From NCBI GenBank assembly GCA_951406725.2, contig OX597820.1, positions 113,088,001 to 113,152,000 of the forward strand: a stretch of 64,000 nt of DNA. Direction: 5' to 3'. Within the stretch, counting starts at the first letter, position 1. Each line of letters opens with the position of its first letter. This stretch comes from Octopus vulgaris. Its lineage: Eukaryota. The notes below the pieces were generated by a model, which was given only the letters and a program-made list of their open reading frames with translations, ran no database searches and was not told where the DNA came from. Of this stretch, positions 40,000 to 53,761 are shown piece after piece. The position numbers and the translations under genes were made by a program.

Positions 40000-40345
40000 G
40001 CAGGCATGATGTCAGGATTTTGAAACCCGGTAGCTTTAATAAATGCCGTTGAATGTTTACCGATACATTAAGCTGTTCTTTAAAAAAGAAGACATAACTG
40101 ATCGTCAAATTTAGCCCGACACTCTGGAAATTATATTGTATGGCTTCGTGTGCCTTACTGTGGACCAAGTTATGCTGTGCTTCATTTTATCCTCCTTCAA
40201 TCGCCATACAAAGTCTACCAAATGCTGAATGCCTCTTATTAATTGTCTTAAAGCTGGCGACATGGTTAGGATAACGATTCTTAAATGAATCAACCGTCAG
40301 CCCAATGTAAACATACGGTCCTCCCCTTGTGTGCACGGTACATTT
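40000..40345 (-). pseudogene. Decayed Naiad-type GIY-YIG fragment
   Basis: YVYIGLTVDSFKNRYPNH...LVDFVWRLKEDKMKHSITWSTVRHTKPYN. Confidence 0.7.
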
Positions 40346-40691
40346 TTATACAAGATTTGTACTCATACAGAGATTTATCAAAGGATATTTTGATTTTTTT
40401 CTCCTCTGCCGAGCATTTATCATATTTATTTGTATATAAAACAGTCCCGACTCCATTTATCGACGTAGTTACCGTATTAGCTGTGTGTGTCTGTTTGCTT
40501 CTGGTTATCCCCACCTGATTATCAGTGTTGGCTTGTTTACGTCTCTGTAACTTAGCGGTTCAACAAAAAAGAGACCAATAAAATAAATACAGATGCAGAA
40601 GCAACTTGACTAAGTAAAAAGAAATCTTGCAAGTCAATGCCCCCAGCATGATTACGAACTAATAACTGAAATAAGTAAAAGAAATATAAGA

Positions 40692-40739
<48 letters not shown>

Positions 40740-42553
40740 AGTTACGCACACACGCACGCACACACACACACACACAAGGTCACGAATACAAATACACATA
40801 TGCACACATACACAAACACACAAACTTCCAATTACACAAGCACACGTCACACACAGACACATACACGCAAAGGCATATATTCCCACACACAAACGTATGC
40901 ACACATGACCACACCAACGCAGTTTATTTATAGATTTTCTTCAGAAAATACTACAAGAAATAAAATTTTAAAAAGTCCATGGGAGGTAAGAAACATCCAT
41001 TTTTAATTCCAGTGTCTGTGATAACTGTTGCCATGGTGATCAACAAATTCCATAATTGCTTCTGTTGGATTAACTCTGGATGGCAAGAGAGAGGAATGAG
41101 GGCCCTGGCAAAGTAACTGTCGGATCTCATTTTAATCTTAGCGGCAACATTAACTTGGCCAGATTAATCTTTTAACCTCTGGGATATAGAAGTTAGCCGA
41201 AGAATTCTTAAAGAATATGGCTGACTTCTTTTTTTCTTTTTTCGCCTTTGCTTTGATGCATCATATAGTCGTGTATTTTAGCGCGCGCATGTGTTATGTG
41301 TGTGAGTGTGAGATAGAAAGAGGGGGAGAGAGGGAGAAAGAGAGAGACCTTTGTGCTTTTGATGCCCAGGTGGCGTTGCAGATGTTTGTGTAAGTGCGTA
41401 TGTGAGTGTGTGTCTGAGTGAGAGAGGGGGGGGGAGAGAAGAAAGTATTTATAGACTAACGGCTCATTTGTGTCTTTGCACACATACGCACACATATAAT
41501 GATAAAGTAAACAGCTTATGAATTAGTTTGGAGTATGAAAACTTTACAAAAAGAAAGCTGTTGTTAAAATCTACACTGTCTAGAAAATTCTTATAAATAT
41601 CGGTTTTAACAGAGTTAGAAAAATATGATTCTGATGCATCTTTAATTATTAAAGATTTCAAGAACGCGATTCAGTCATAAAACTAATTTTTATTCACTAC
41701 AACATAACGTCTTTTAATATTTCTGTTTACGCTTTTTAGGGAAATATAAAGGTTGCCCAAATATTTGTATCACTACTTTCTACAAACATATCAATAAAAA
41801 CATTCCTACATCTATAAGTTTAATCCAGCGTCAACTAAATTGCGTTGATTCCGGTATCCTTTCATATTTGTTGGGTGTTTTTGAAGAATTAGAAAGCTGA
41901 ATAAGAAAATTGGTTTAAATTTATTTACATCACGTGTCTCTTTTTCTTTCAACTAAAGTATTTCATTGCTATACACAATGCTTAAAGAATTAATCATAAT
42001 GGTACAATAGATCATAAGGACTATATCATGAAATTCGTTTGCTCCTCTTTTCATATCGTGAACGGAAAAAAGATTTCACTTCCTATCTCTGTACATATGT
42101 AATTGTGTGTTTATATAGGTTGTTCACACTACATGTACAAACATATATACCGACGGAAAATATTGCTGTAAAAATTATATGCAATCACGACGTCGAACTT
42201 ACAGTAAGTTTTTCAGTATAATTTTGTTTTTTAGTACATACCAAGCATGCAGTTCAGTTAACTTTCATGCAAAGGTACAAAATCTTCTGATATGTATATA
42301 TATAATATATATATATATACGATAAATTAAGATTTTACGAGGTTAAGTCAACACAATAACTGGTTTTTCATAAATTCTAACGCTGTCTTTGAGTACTTGG
42401 CATAATTCTAAATTTATTTACTGAGCGAATGCTATTAGACAAATAAAGGATACAAAAGAAATTTAGATGTAATATATCAGAAAATTGCTAAAATTGATAT
42501 CTAAATATTTAGCGACGAGCAGGAAACCTACCCAGAGGGAAGTCTTTCTGCTA

Positions 42554-42596
<43 letters not shown>

Positions 42597-42599
42597 TGA

Positions 42600-45500
42600 T
42601 GATAAATGTGGGGCCCCTGTATGAAGATTAGTGATTAAAATAAATATATAAATAACACAAAAAAAAATGAAAAATTTAATATCAATTTAACATTACTTGA
42701 AAAGGTAGAGGGTAGCGAACTTCTTCACAACTTCAGGGAGTGACGACCCTGCCTGACCCGAGTATCGGCCTCAGCTGGCTCCGGCTGACAGTACCCGGTA
42801 TGGGCCCCTGTCCAGGGTTACGGAAAGGAGACAACCTTCAAAGAAATCCTGAGTAGAGCCCCGAAGGCGGTTTAGTGTTCGACTCGACACTCTTCCAGCA
42901 GCTCCTACAACCAAGCTGGTTTCAAACGTAATGCTCTGCACTCCTTTGGACTACATCAGCAAGGTCGAGAGAGGAAACCTAACGATTGGGCTACCCAGGA
43001 CTTTCTTATCTCTAGCCCAGGCCTGCGCAAAACTGGAGAGGACACTTCAGTGCTGCTGTAAAAAGCTGCGGAAACAACACGGGAGGTAACAGCCACGAGT
43101 GATAAGTCCATTCAGATTGGCGTAAAATATGGGCGCTACGGGTTACTTCTGACGGTGGGAGGGACCTCCGTGTCCCATTGGTTAGCTACTGCCCACCTCA
43201 AGCTGGGCAGCTCCCAGTTTATAAGGTGCTGACCCGCCACAGGCCGCCTGCTTCATTGGATGCTTGGAGCTAAGAGTTTGACTTGAAAATCGGCCTGCAA
43301 CCTCTGCACCAGGCAAACAACTAAAAGACAAGAAACCACCAGTCCTGCGGTTGGCAAGCTGGAATGCCAGGACCATGTGCCCTGGCATATCTGATGATCT
43401 ACTCAGGGTTAAAGACACAAGAAAGACGGCCATCATTGACCGTGAACTAAAGAGGCTTAACATAGACATTGCTGGGCTGCAGGAGACAAGACTCCCATCA
43501 AACGGCAAACTCAAAGAACAGGATTTCACCTTCATTTAGCAGGGAAGCGATCCAGAAGAACCTCGTCAGCATGGTGTTGGCTTTGCAGTGAGAAACTCGT
43601 TACTCTCCTCAATAGAACCACCATCAAGAGGCACTGAGCGTATCCTCTCACTGCGCCTCTCGACTTCTTCTGGTTCAGTACATCTACTGAGCATCTATGC
43701 TCCCGCTCTCTACAGCTCAGAGAAGACCAAGGACCAGTTCTACAAAGATCTCAACTGTGTCATTAGAAAATATACCAACCAATGAAAACATCTACCTTCT
43801 AGGAGATTTTAACGCTCGCGTGGGATCTGACCATGATTCGTGGCCCATTTGTGTTGGACACTTTGGTATTGGCAACATGAATGACAATGGTCAGAGACTA
43901 CTTGAATTTTGCACATACCATAACCTGTGCATCACCAACACATTCTTTGCCCACAAGCCATCCCACAAGGCGTCTTGGAGACATCCAAGATCTCACCACT
44001 GGCATCAGCTGGATCTCATCATTACACGAAGATCCTTTCTGAATTCTGTTCAACTGACCTGTAGTTACCACAACGCGGAATGTAAAACAGATCACTCACT
44101 AATTAGAAGCAGGATGAGGATTCTGCCTAAGAAAGTCCATCACCCCAAGAAAATGGGCCGACCACGCATTAACACTGCCAGAACCTCGGACCCTACACTG
44201 CGAAAATGTTTTGCTGTTTCTATCAAGGTTGCCCTCAGTAGATGCCCAACCTCCTCTGCTGAAAGTAGGTGGAATTATATAAGGGAAGCTTTGTATACCA
44301 CATCAATAGATACTTTCGGCATGAGAGAAAGGCAAAACCCAGATTGGTTCAGTGCTGGGCTCTCAGAGCTGGAACTAGTTATCGAAGCAAAGCGTGCAGC
44401 TCTGATGCAATACAAGAGTGATTCCTCTACTAAGTCACTCGAAGAACTCAGAAAGGCAAGAAATAAAACCCAACTGACAGCAAGACGCTGTGCAAATAGG
44501 TATAGGCAGGAAATCTGTCAGGGTATCCAGTCAGCTGCCGACAGTGGCGACACCCGTGGGATGTATGCCGGTTTGAAGAAGGCCCTCGGTCCATCCGCAA
44601 CTAAGTCAACCCCTCTGAAATCAACTACTGGAGATCTCATCAAGGACCAAAGCAAGCAAATGAATAGATGGGTGGAGTACTACCAGGATCTCTACTCACG
44701 GGAGACCACGGTAGCTGAGGCTGCAATCGAGGGTATCAAGATCTTGCCATACATGTGCGAACTTGACAGTCCGCCATCTATAGCAGAGCTCACCAAGGCT
44801 ATGAACTCCCTAGCAAGTAATAAGTCTCCGGGAAAAGACGGCAACCCCTCAGAGATCATCAAAACCGGCAAAAACACCATCCTCCTTCCACACCTTCATG
44901 AGCTTCTGTGTCAGTGCTGGGAAGAGGGTACAGTCCCTCGGGATATGCGGGATGCTAACATCATTACGCTTTACAAAAACAAAGGTGACCGTGGTGATTG
45001 TAACAATTACCGTGGAATATCTCTTCTAAGCACTGTTGGAAATACCTTTGCTCGCGTTATCCTGTCCAGGCTACAACTGCTTGCTTCTCGAATTTATCCG
45101 GAATCGCAGTGTGGCTTTAGAAGAAGCAGATCAACTATTGACATGATATTCTCCATACGCCAACTTCAGGAGAAGTCCAGAGAGCAGAAAATGCCATTAT
45201 ATATGGCCTTCATTGATCTGACAAAGGCCTTTGACTTGGTAAGTAGAAAAGGCCTCTTCATCCTGCTCCAAAAAATCGGATGTCCACCAAAGCAGCTGAG
45301 GATCATCAAATCATTCCATGATGATATGCAAGGCACCATACAGCACAATGGTTCAACATCAGCCGCCTTCACACACAGAAGAAGCCCTACAAAGGCTCAT
45401 CAACTGTTTTGAGCAAGCATGTAACGGCTTTGGATTAGTTATCAGCCTCAAGAAGACCAACGTCATGGGTCAGGCTACATCGGACATCCCAAACATACAT

Positions 45501-46360
45501 CTTGGAGACCACAGATTACAGGAGGTGGAGAAGTTTACCTATCTTGGCTCTTCCGTCACCTACAACCTATCCCTTGATGCTGAGCTCAATATACGCATTG
45601 GCAGGGCAGCTGCTGTGATGGCCCAACTCTCCAAACGGGCTTGGGACAACAATAAGCTAACCAAGACCACAAAAATGAAGATTTACCAGGCATGTGTACT
45701 CAGCACTCTACTGTATGGAAGTGAGACTTGGACGCCATACACACGCCAAGACCGTCGCCTAAACATCTTTCACCTGCGCTGCCTCCGGAAAATCCTCCGC
45801 ATCAAATGGCAGAATCATGTCCCCAACAAAGATGTCCTCAAGCAAGCAGGAATACCAAGCACGTTTGCACTCCTCACACAAAGACGTATGAGATGGCTTG
45901 GACATGTTAGCCGTATGGAAGATGGCAGAATCCCCAAGGACATACTCTACGGAGAGCTTGCTAGGGACACTAGGTCTGTTGGAAGACCGTTCTTACGATA
46001 CAAGGATTTTTGCAAAAGGGACATGAAGGCCGGCAACATCAATATTACCAACTGGGAAGCAGTTGCCAGCAACCGTGGAGATTGGCGACGTACCATAAAA
46101 GAGGGAACACAAAGGAGTGACAGAGAGAGAGAGAGGAGAAATGGAAAGACAAGAAAAGACGTCAACAAGAAACTATGACATTACAACCAGCCAGTAAAAG
46201 TCTTCGCTATATTTGCGGCACCTGCCAGAGGGAGTGTTTGTCCAGGATAGGACTACACAGCCACAGCAGGAAATGTATTAGGACATGAAATGTAAAAGCC
46301 GGACTAGATTATTTTATGCGCAACTCCATTGTCTCCCGTGACAAAAAGGATGCCAACCAA
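42600..46360 (+). mobile_element. Near full-length RTE (BovB-like) LINE within (TA)n; 5' boundary approximate
   Basis: Long 5' UTR, APE endonuclease (ASWNARTM, IDIAGLQETRL, HGVGFAV, LLGDFNARVG, HWHQLDLII, TDHSLI), RT, C-terminal C..C...H..H..C, and a 3' stem-loop before (TA)n. Confidence 0.9.
43310..46288 (+). pseudogene. RTE EN-RT ORF with a stop, frameshifts and deletion of RT motifs B'-C
   Basis: Split over ORFs 43351, 43588, 43697 and 45318. FIDLTKAFD is present but QG and ADD are absent; GSTSAAF is joined to SHTEEALQRL. Confidence 0.88.
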
Positions 46361-47601
46361 TATATATATATATATATATATATATTACTCGCCATACACA
46401 CAAAAAAACGCACACGTACACACACACATACTACAACAAAACACACACACGATACATATACACGCACACACACATACCTCCCTGTTTCTGACCTGACTTT
46501 CTGACTTACTAGGGTACCCCCACATCACCCCTTAATTCTACTACTGCCTGCTACTAGCCATTGTCCACCATACACACACACACACACACTTGTCATCTCG
46601 CACACCTTTTTTACCATTCCTTCTTTGATATAGCTCTTCTGTTTTTAAAAACATTTTCCTCCATTTTTACCACTTCCGTCTTTTTAGTATGTGAACTCGT
46701 GAATACCACCGGCGATTTTTTTTTTCCTCTGTCCTCCCGTCTCGGGATCTTTCCTTCTCCCATGTTTCCGACGAAGAGCTCCGCTTCTTTCCTGAGCGTC
46801 CAATAATACTTTATTTGTTCCACATCCTTGCGTTGTTGTCTTTTTGTTTTCTTGTTTGGATTAACTTTATATATATATATATATATTTCTCTGCATGTAT
46901 GCGTGTGAAACAATACGCTACATACTTTAAAACAGTAGACTATCTCGCTTGACTTTCCGTGGTGCGCTGTGAGCACAGCTCTGGGGTAATAGTTTGTGCA
47001 TAGACGCAAGCTTTCCACACAGGCCATCTTCTGCTTATCACTCGTCGTCTGCAATTATTTCTTATTGCATTTATCATTACCCTACATGTTCACATAATAT
47101 ATTTTTGAACCATTGTTCAATTTCAGACCAGGACGCCCACATAAGTTGGATTTTCTCAATTTTGACAGGGATTTTTCTCATTTTTTTTTCATCACAGCTT
47201 TCGAAATGGTGGGGAAAGCTTTCTATGGAATTTTTTTTATATTTATTCTTTTTTCTCCCCACACACACACCTCCCCTACCCGCCAATTCTTTTGTTTTTT
47301 TGCTCAACGCACTTATATAGTATGGAAGAAACCTTTACAATAAAAAAAGAAATTTCAAAATATTTTCAGTCAAAAAGGTGTGTGTTTCTAGCACATCCCA
47401 CGAACACCTGGTACCTTCTTCGTTTCTTAGTCACTATGACATGTATTGATGATTTTCAATATTTTCTTGCGTGTTTTGTTTAGCCCAATTTGTAATTTGT
47501 AATTTAAATTTTTAACCCACCCCGGCACCAAGTAAGTGTGTGTATGTGTGCGTATGTGTGTGTGAGTGCGTGTGTGTGTGTGTGTACGTAAGAAAAAATA
47601 A

Positions 47602-48127
47602 ACCATAAATCCTCGAGTATAATCCGCAGTTTTTCCCCAAAATTTAAAGGTCAAAATCCCTAGTGCGTACTATATACGTAGTTAAAAATGAAAGATATTT
47701 TCTAAGCAATGTCCGAGTCTTTATTTGCTGTCCGGTAATGTTTATTTAGACGCATTTTGTGATGTCGGGCACAAAAATACCTTAAGCTAAGACTGAAAGC
47801 AATGAAGTCATAAAAGAATCCTCCATAACTTGCAGTAAGCAACATTTATTCAAATAAAGGTATTCAGAACACAGAATAACATGTAACAAAAACAATTTGC
47901 AAACATATTTACATTCCCATATAACAGTTAAGAACATCACCATTATTGTATTACGCATGCACGGAAGTATTTGTTCGACTAGGTGCTGCTGGCTTAATTA
48001 CGCACGACTCAAGTTAGAGAAGGGGTGCGTATTATACACAAGGTTAAAGGTTTTTCAGAAGTACAGCCTCCTAAAAATCCCCTGCGTATTATACTCAAGG
48101 GCGGACTATACTCGAGTATTTATGTTA
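47602..48127. mobile_element. MITE / non-autonomous pogo-Tc2-like DNA transposon
   Basis: Terminal inverted repeats accataaatcctcgagtataatccgc / gcggactatactcgagtatttatgtt, with subterminal gcgtattata motifs. Confidence 0.7.
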
Positions 48128-49351
48128 TTTATTTACAGAAAAGTATGGTATCAAAACAAATTACCTTTTACATATCTTTTTAAATCACTGCGAATAAATC
48201 CCAGCAATGAGCTTCTCAGGCTCCCACATTTTGAAAATTATAAACAGAAACCAACTTAGTGGGGTGGTTGAAAAAGTCAAAAATTTCCCCCTCAAATTTT
48301 ATTTTAATAGCATAGTTTTCTGTTAGTAAATATATTTTCTTACATCCACACACGCACGCACACATACACACACATCACACACACACAACGTGCACACACA
48401 CATAGTAGACTCACTTGGTGCCAAGTGGAGAAATATGTAAGGTATCAGGTGGTAATGGGATGTGCTAGAAACAGCAGCTAAATCTCGCTTAAATCACACA
48501 ACTTTTCAAATTATTTTCTCTCTTTTATTTTCTTTTGGTGAAAATCTTCCTTTTAAAATATGTCATATAAAAAAACAAATTGTCCAAAATTGGTCCAGAG
48601 GTTGGTTGAGCAGAAAAATCATAGATTTATAAAAATTGCTTCATAAAAACTTCTGGCGAAGGTAGTGGAGAAAAATAAATTGGGAAAATTGGAAAAATCA
48701 TCATCAAAATGAAGGAAGTCCAGCTAATACGGGCATCCTGATCCGAAACTTCATTATAGTTTTCAGTTTCACATTTTTAACTTTTGTCATCACATTTTCC
48801 GCAAGCTTTTTAAGAGTAAGAAACAAAACATCACTTATTTTAATTAAATATTTCTCAACACTTCACTTTGATAGAAAATTCAAGCCTTTTATATCATTTA
48901 CTATACAGTTGATATGTGTAACAATGTGACTCCTTAGCGTGAGAGTATTCTTTTGGATGCTATTTCTTACAGGTTCAACAGTCTGTATGTATCTAAACAT
49001 GCATATGCATTCATGTACATATAAAGGGATTACTTGCAAGTCAAGAGAAATTATCTAATCAGTGAGCTAGAAAAAGCTAATCCAAGTCAGTAAGTTTGCA
49101 AAGAAACTCAGTAATTCTTGTCAATTAGTTTTTAAAAAATAAAACAATAATCGGTTTTGCCCTTTTCTCTCAGAAATTAAAGCTTATAGGATTTACGATT
49201 GCATTTTTTTCTTTGCCCGGGTGCATAATTCATTGCCTGAAATGAATATATTTTTATATCCGTTGAAATCATTGTTTCACTTTCTGAAATTTAAAACTTT
49301 CACTCTTTCACTCAATTTATTATTATTATTAATGATATTATTATTATTATT

Positions 49352-49906
49352 GAGTGAGAGAGCAGTTCATGCCATCAAAGTGACACTGGGGTAAAATATA
49401 CGAAGCCCAATATACCCATCACGACTACCCGTCTGATAAGGGCACACCAAGCACATGCATCACAACCATATGTGCGCAACATGGTGATCTCATATCAAGA
49501 AAAACAGCACATGACCTTGCAGGTGGGGCCCAGTTAGAATTTTCTTCAGGTTGAGTAGCCCATCCCGCTCAAACGGTCCCTGAATAAGGGTTGTTTAAGG
49601 ATGTTGAAAGAACCACCCATGTTTCCAGAGGTGAATTATTCAAACCCCAAAGAATCCCTCTCAACACATGGCTATGATGCTTCCCCACTACTTCTGCTCG
49701 TGATCAGAGATGCACATATCGTCAGCCACTAAGGGACATGCTCAACTGGTTGTCAAACAACTGACAAGCAAATCTATGCTATTGAGCAGAATATTTGCTG
49801 TAGCCCATCTTTTATACCAAGACAAAACAATGTACATGATAACACTTCCAATCAGTTAAGATCAGAAGCCATGAGAGCCATTGCCTGGTACTGCATCAGG
49901 GCATTT
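49352..49906 (-). mobile_element. ~555-bp non-coding interspersed element embedded in (TAA)n (strand tentative)
   Basis: Complex sequence with sharp boundaries, flanked by (TAT)n on both sides. No ORF. Confidence 0.55.
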
Positions 49907-49947
49907 TATTATTATTATTTTTATTATTATTATTTTTATTATTATTA

Positions 49948-49984
<37 letters not shown>

Positions 49985-49988
<4 letters not shown>

Positions 49989-50266
49989 TAGTTTTATTTT
50001 TGTGTTTAGCGTGCTTTCACTTTTTACATACCGAGCACAGCTCTGTGTGCCTTCAGGTATGTGCTGTGATTTGTTGTGATGCTCTGATGGTTATCGTATG
50101 GAAAGTGTTCTGCGTAGGATGTGTGCAGTGCCTAGTAGTGTGCAATTTTCTGTATGTTATATGTGTTTGTAAGTCCTGGTGTTTTTGTTATGTATTTGTC
50201 TGAATATCTTTTTATCATGCCTAATGCACCTACTATGATAGGAATTGTTTCTGTTTGCAGATTCTA

Positions 50267-50268
<2 letters not shown>
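49985..50268 (-). mobile_element. 3' end of an R4/Dong-type RLE LINE inserted in (TAA)n
   Basis: TIPIIVGALGMI...IQKIA-LLGTAHILRRTLSIR*, then a short 3' UTR and (TAA)n. Confidence 0.82.
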
Positions 50269-50320
<52 letters not shown>

Positions 50321-50400
50321 CATTGCTGCTATTACGACTACTACTACTACTACTATTATTATCATTATTACTATTATTACTATTATTATTATTATTATCA

Positions 50401-50438
<38 letters not shown>

Positions 50439-50532
50439 ATTATAATAATAATTATGATTATTATTATTACTATTATTATTATTATTATCATTATTACTAT
50501 TATTATTAGTAGTAGTATTATTATTATTATTA

Positions 50533-50617
<85 letters not shown>
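50268..50617. repeat. Long (TAT/TAC/CAT)n microsatellite
   Basis: Seen directly in the sequence. Confidence 0.95.
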
Positions 50618-51639
50618 GTGGGATAAAGGCAGTGATATGGCAGAATGTTAGCATGCTGAGCAATGTGTTTTGCAGTATTTCATCCATACTAACGTTCTGA
50701 GTTCAAATACTGCTGAGGTCAACTTTGCTTTTCATTCTGTACCAGTAGATCCCTGATGTTGATGCAAGCGACTGGTCCCCTCCTGCCAGAATTTCAGGCC
50801 TTGTGCCTTTAGTAGAAAGAATTATTATATGCAAGATGAAGGCAGTGAACCGACTGAAATGGGGGTGGGGCTTATGTGCTTAGCAGCATTTCGTTTGTCT
50901 TTACATTCTGGCCAAGGTCAACTTTGCCTCTCATCCTTCTGGGGTTGATAAAATAAGTACAAGTACTGGAAGCAATATAATCGACTTTCCCCCTCCCTCT
51001 AAATTGCTGGCCTAGTGCCAAAATTTGAATACTTACATATGCGTAGTTATATACAAAACCTGCTAGGAACATCAGCCAAAGACATCTTAGGAGTCACAGA
51101 AACATCTAATTTTACAATATACTCTAAAAAAAATTTTACGTATGCCAGAATGTATATATTTTTACATTTATTGAAGTTTTCAATTTATGAAATTTAAAAT
51201 TGCTATTCTTTCAGTTTACATTTCTTCATGCAAAATATATCTGGGAAAGAAAGTATAATATTATTATAAACTTGAAATAAATAGAAAATGTATTTCAGTC
51301 GAATAAGTACTCGTCTTAAACATTTCTGTTAAATTAAAAAAATTATTGTTTTTGGCAGTTAGTGGACAGTAGCTTCAGTAATCATTCTTTATAGAAATGC
51401 AAAAAAAAAAAAAAAAATCAGCTCACAAAATACATTTAGCTAACATCTTATGCACAGAAGATCAGAATAAACAGATTAGTTTTAAAAAATCATACTTTGT
51501 GTATGAAGAAGAAGAAACAAAGAGTGAAATTATTATATTCCAGGGATATAACATTGTTTGTGATTTCAATTACCTCATTTCTTCAATTTTTAATAAAAAT
51601 ATCATTGCAAAGCAAAAGAATTTTCAAAAATTGTTTTAC

Positions 51640-52125
51640 AATGAAAAGCTGTTGCTGTTGATGTTATCAATGAAGTACTACTAAAAGTATTTCCAGGAGA
51701 TGAAAAGGTTCTGTTTAGCCATCATCAATGGTCACAACTCAGAATTTACCAGAGAGTACTTAAATACACGAACTGTTTCAGATTTGCCATCACACATATT
51801 AAAATCAAAGATTAATGCTTTAATTATCCTCTTACATTACATTTGACCCAACTTGTGCAATATGTAATGGCACACAGTTAGCCAAGACATTCAAGGAAAA
51901 AGCATTAAGGCAAAAATTATTACTTTATTCCGAGAGTCACTCTTCATTCAATCAGTGAAGTGCTTCCATTTACATTAATTAGACAACAATTTCCAATTAA
52001 ATAAGTAATAGCAACAGCAATTAATAAACAAGGACAAGCATTTGAGAAGATTGCTATATATTTATCAAAACCAGTATTCACACATGGACAAGTATACGTA
52101 GCCTTTTCTAGACTGTCCACATCGT
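51640..52125 (+). pseudogene. Helitron RepHel Pif1-type helicase C-terminal remnant
   Basis: PEYLNT..SDLPSHIL, IPRVT, LPFTLIRQQFPIK, QGQAFEKIAIYLSKPVFTHGQVYVAFSR across frameshifts. Confidence 0.8.
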
Positions 52126-52140
52126 CTCTAAGGTTGTATG

Positions 52141-52183
<43 letters not shown>

Positions 52184-52339
52184 TTCTCTTTCTCTTTTTC
52201 CCTTTTACTTGTTTCAGTCATTTGACTGCAGCCATGCTGGAGCACCGCTTTTAGTCGAGCAAATCGACCCCAGGACATATTCTTTGTAAGCTCAGTACTT
52301 ATGTATGTATGTATGTATGTATGTATGTATGTATGTATG

Positions 52340-52394
<55 letters not shown>

Positions 52395-52396
52395 AT

Positions 52397-52462
<66 letters not shown>

Positions 52463-52725
52463 GAGAGTTCACGAAAAAAACAAAAGACAAAGACAGGTGG
52501 TGTACAAAACAAACAGATGTATTAGTATAACGCTCACAAATAGAAAAAGTCTTTTACATTTCGAGCCTATGCTTTTCTCCAGAAAGGGACACAGAAAAAA
52601 CAAGGAGAGAAAAAATGTGTATACTGGCTACCGATCTATCATGGCGACTGCATACAAACATACATACATACATACATACATACATACATACAGACAGACA
52701 GACAGACAGACAGACATATACATAC

Positions 52726-52767
<42 letters not shown>

Positions 52768-52775
<8 letters not shown>

Positions 52776-53218
52776 GTTGTATACTGTCAATCTAACAAGA
52801 ACGTGACAGTAGGGGGTACACCACCGCTGTATAGCCCTAGGAAGCATCGAACGCCTCCTGATAGCTTTGACACATTTTTCCCTGTGTCCTTATATACATA
52901 TACGAAGGGGAGACAAACACACCCGCCCGCCAGAACTGCATCTAGGGACACCGTGTTTCAGGATCATTGTCCTTCACCAGCTGACCGGTGTCTGCTTCTC
53001 TAGGCCGATGAAGGACAATGATCCTGAAACACGGTGTCCCTAGATGCAGTTCCGGTGGCCGGGGGTGTTTGTCTCCCCTTCGTATATGTATATAGGGACA
53101 CAGGGAAAAAATGTGGCAAAGCTATCAGGAGGCGTTCGATGCTTCCTAGGGCTATACAGCGGTGGTGTACCCCCTACTGTCACGTTCTTGTTAGATTGAC
53201 AGTATACAACCATTCTAT
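52768..53218. repeat. ~450-bp palindrome (two ~210-bp inverted arms) of PLE pLTR-like sequence
   Basis: 52768-52979 is the reverse complement of ~53005-53218 with few mismatches; spacer ~25 nt. Confidence 0.9.
52999..53044 (+). ncRNA. Minimal type I hammerhead ribozyme with variant core CCGATGA
   Basis: TCTAGG-CCGATGA-AGGAcaatgaTCCT-GAAA-CACgGTG-TC-CCTAGA. Confidence 0.7.
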
Positions 53219-53268
53219 CGCCCCACCACCGTACATGTCTCTACGACAGATTTAGAAATTCAATATTT

Positions 53269-53306
<38 letters not shown>

Positions 53307-53761
53307 TCAAAATAAGCGACAAGGATATCCAGAGGTAATGCAGTACGATCGTTTATATAAGTAGTGAATATACCAGTATAGTTTTATATAAGCTATGTAG
53401 GAATTTACAGAGATACAAAAATTAGATAAATTTTATAAATAAATAAAGGCTAATTATAAAATAATAAAGAAATAAAATAAAGTAATCAAGTAGGGCAGAA
53501 CACCATGGGAAAGGAAATAAAATGGCTTAATTACTAATACTATGGTAAAGTATATGTAGTTTATTAACACCAATAGAGAAGATTTTTTTTAGTAAAAGTA
53601 TAATAATTCAAAATATATTAGACTAAAAATGATATATTTACTTATTTGGCTAATATCAATATTATTATTATTAGCTAAATAAGTAACTATATAATTTTTA
53701 GTCTAATATATTTACTTATCATTGAGGCATGTGGTATTCTCAAAGGGGTACATCCTACATA

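Noticed and set aside
42600-43000. Possible HDV-like ribozyme in the RTE 5' UTR
   Set aside because: The nested double pseudoknot could not be assembled by eye; a descriptor-based motif search would be needed.
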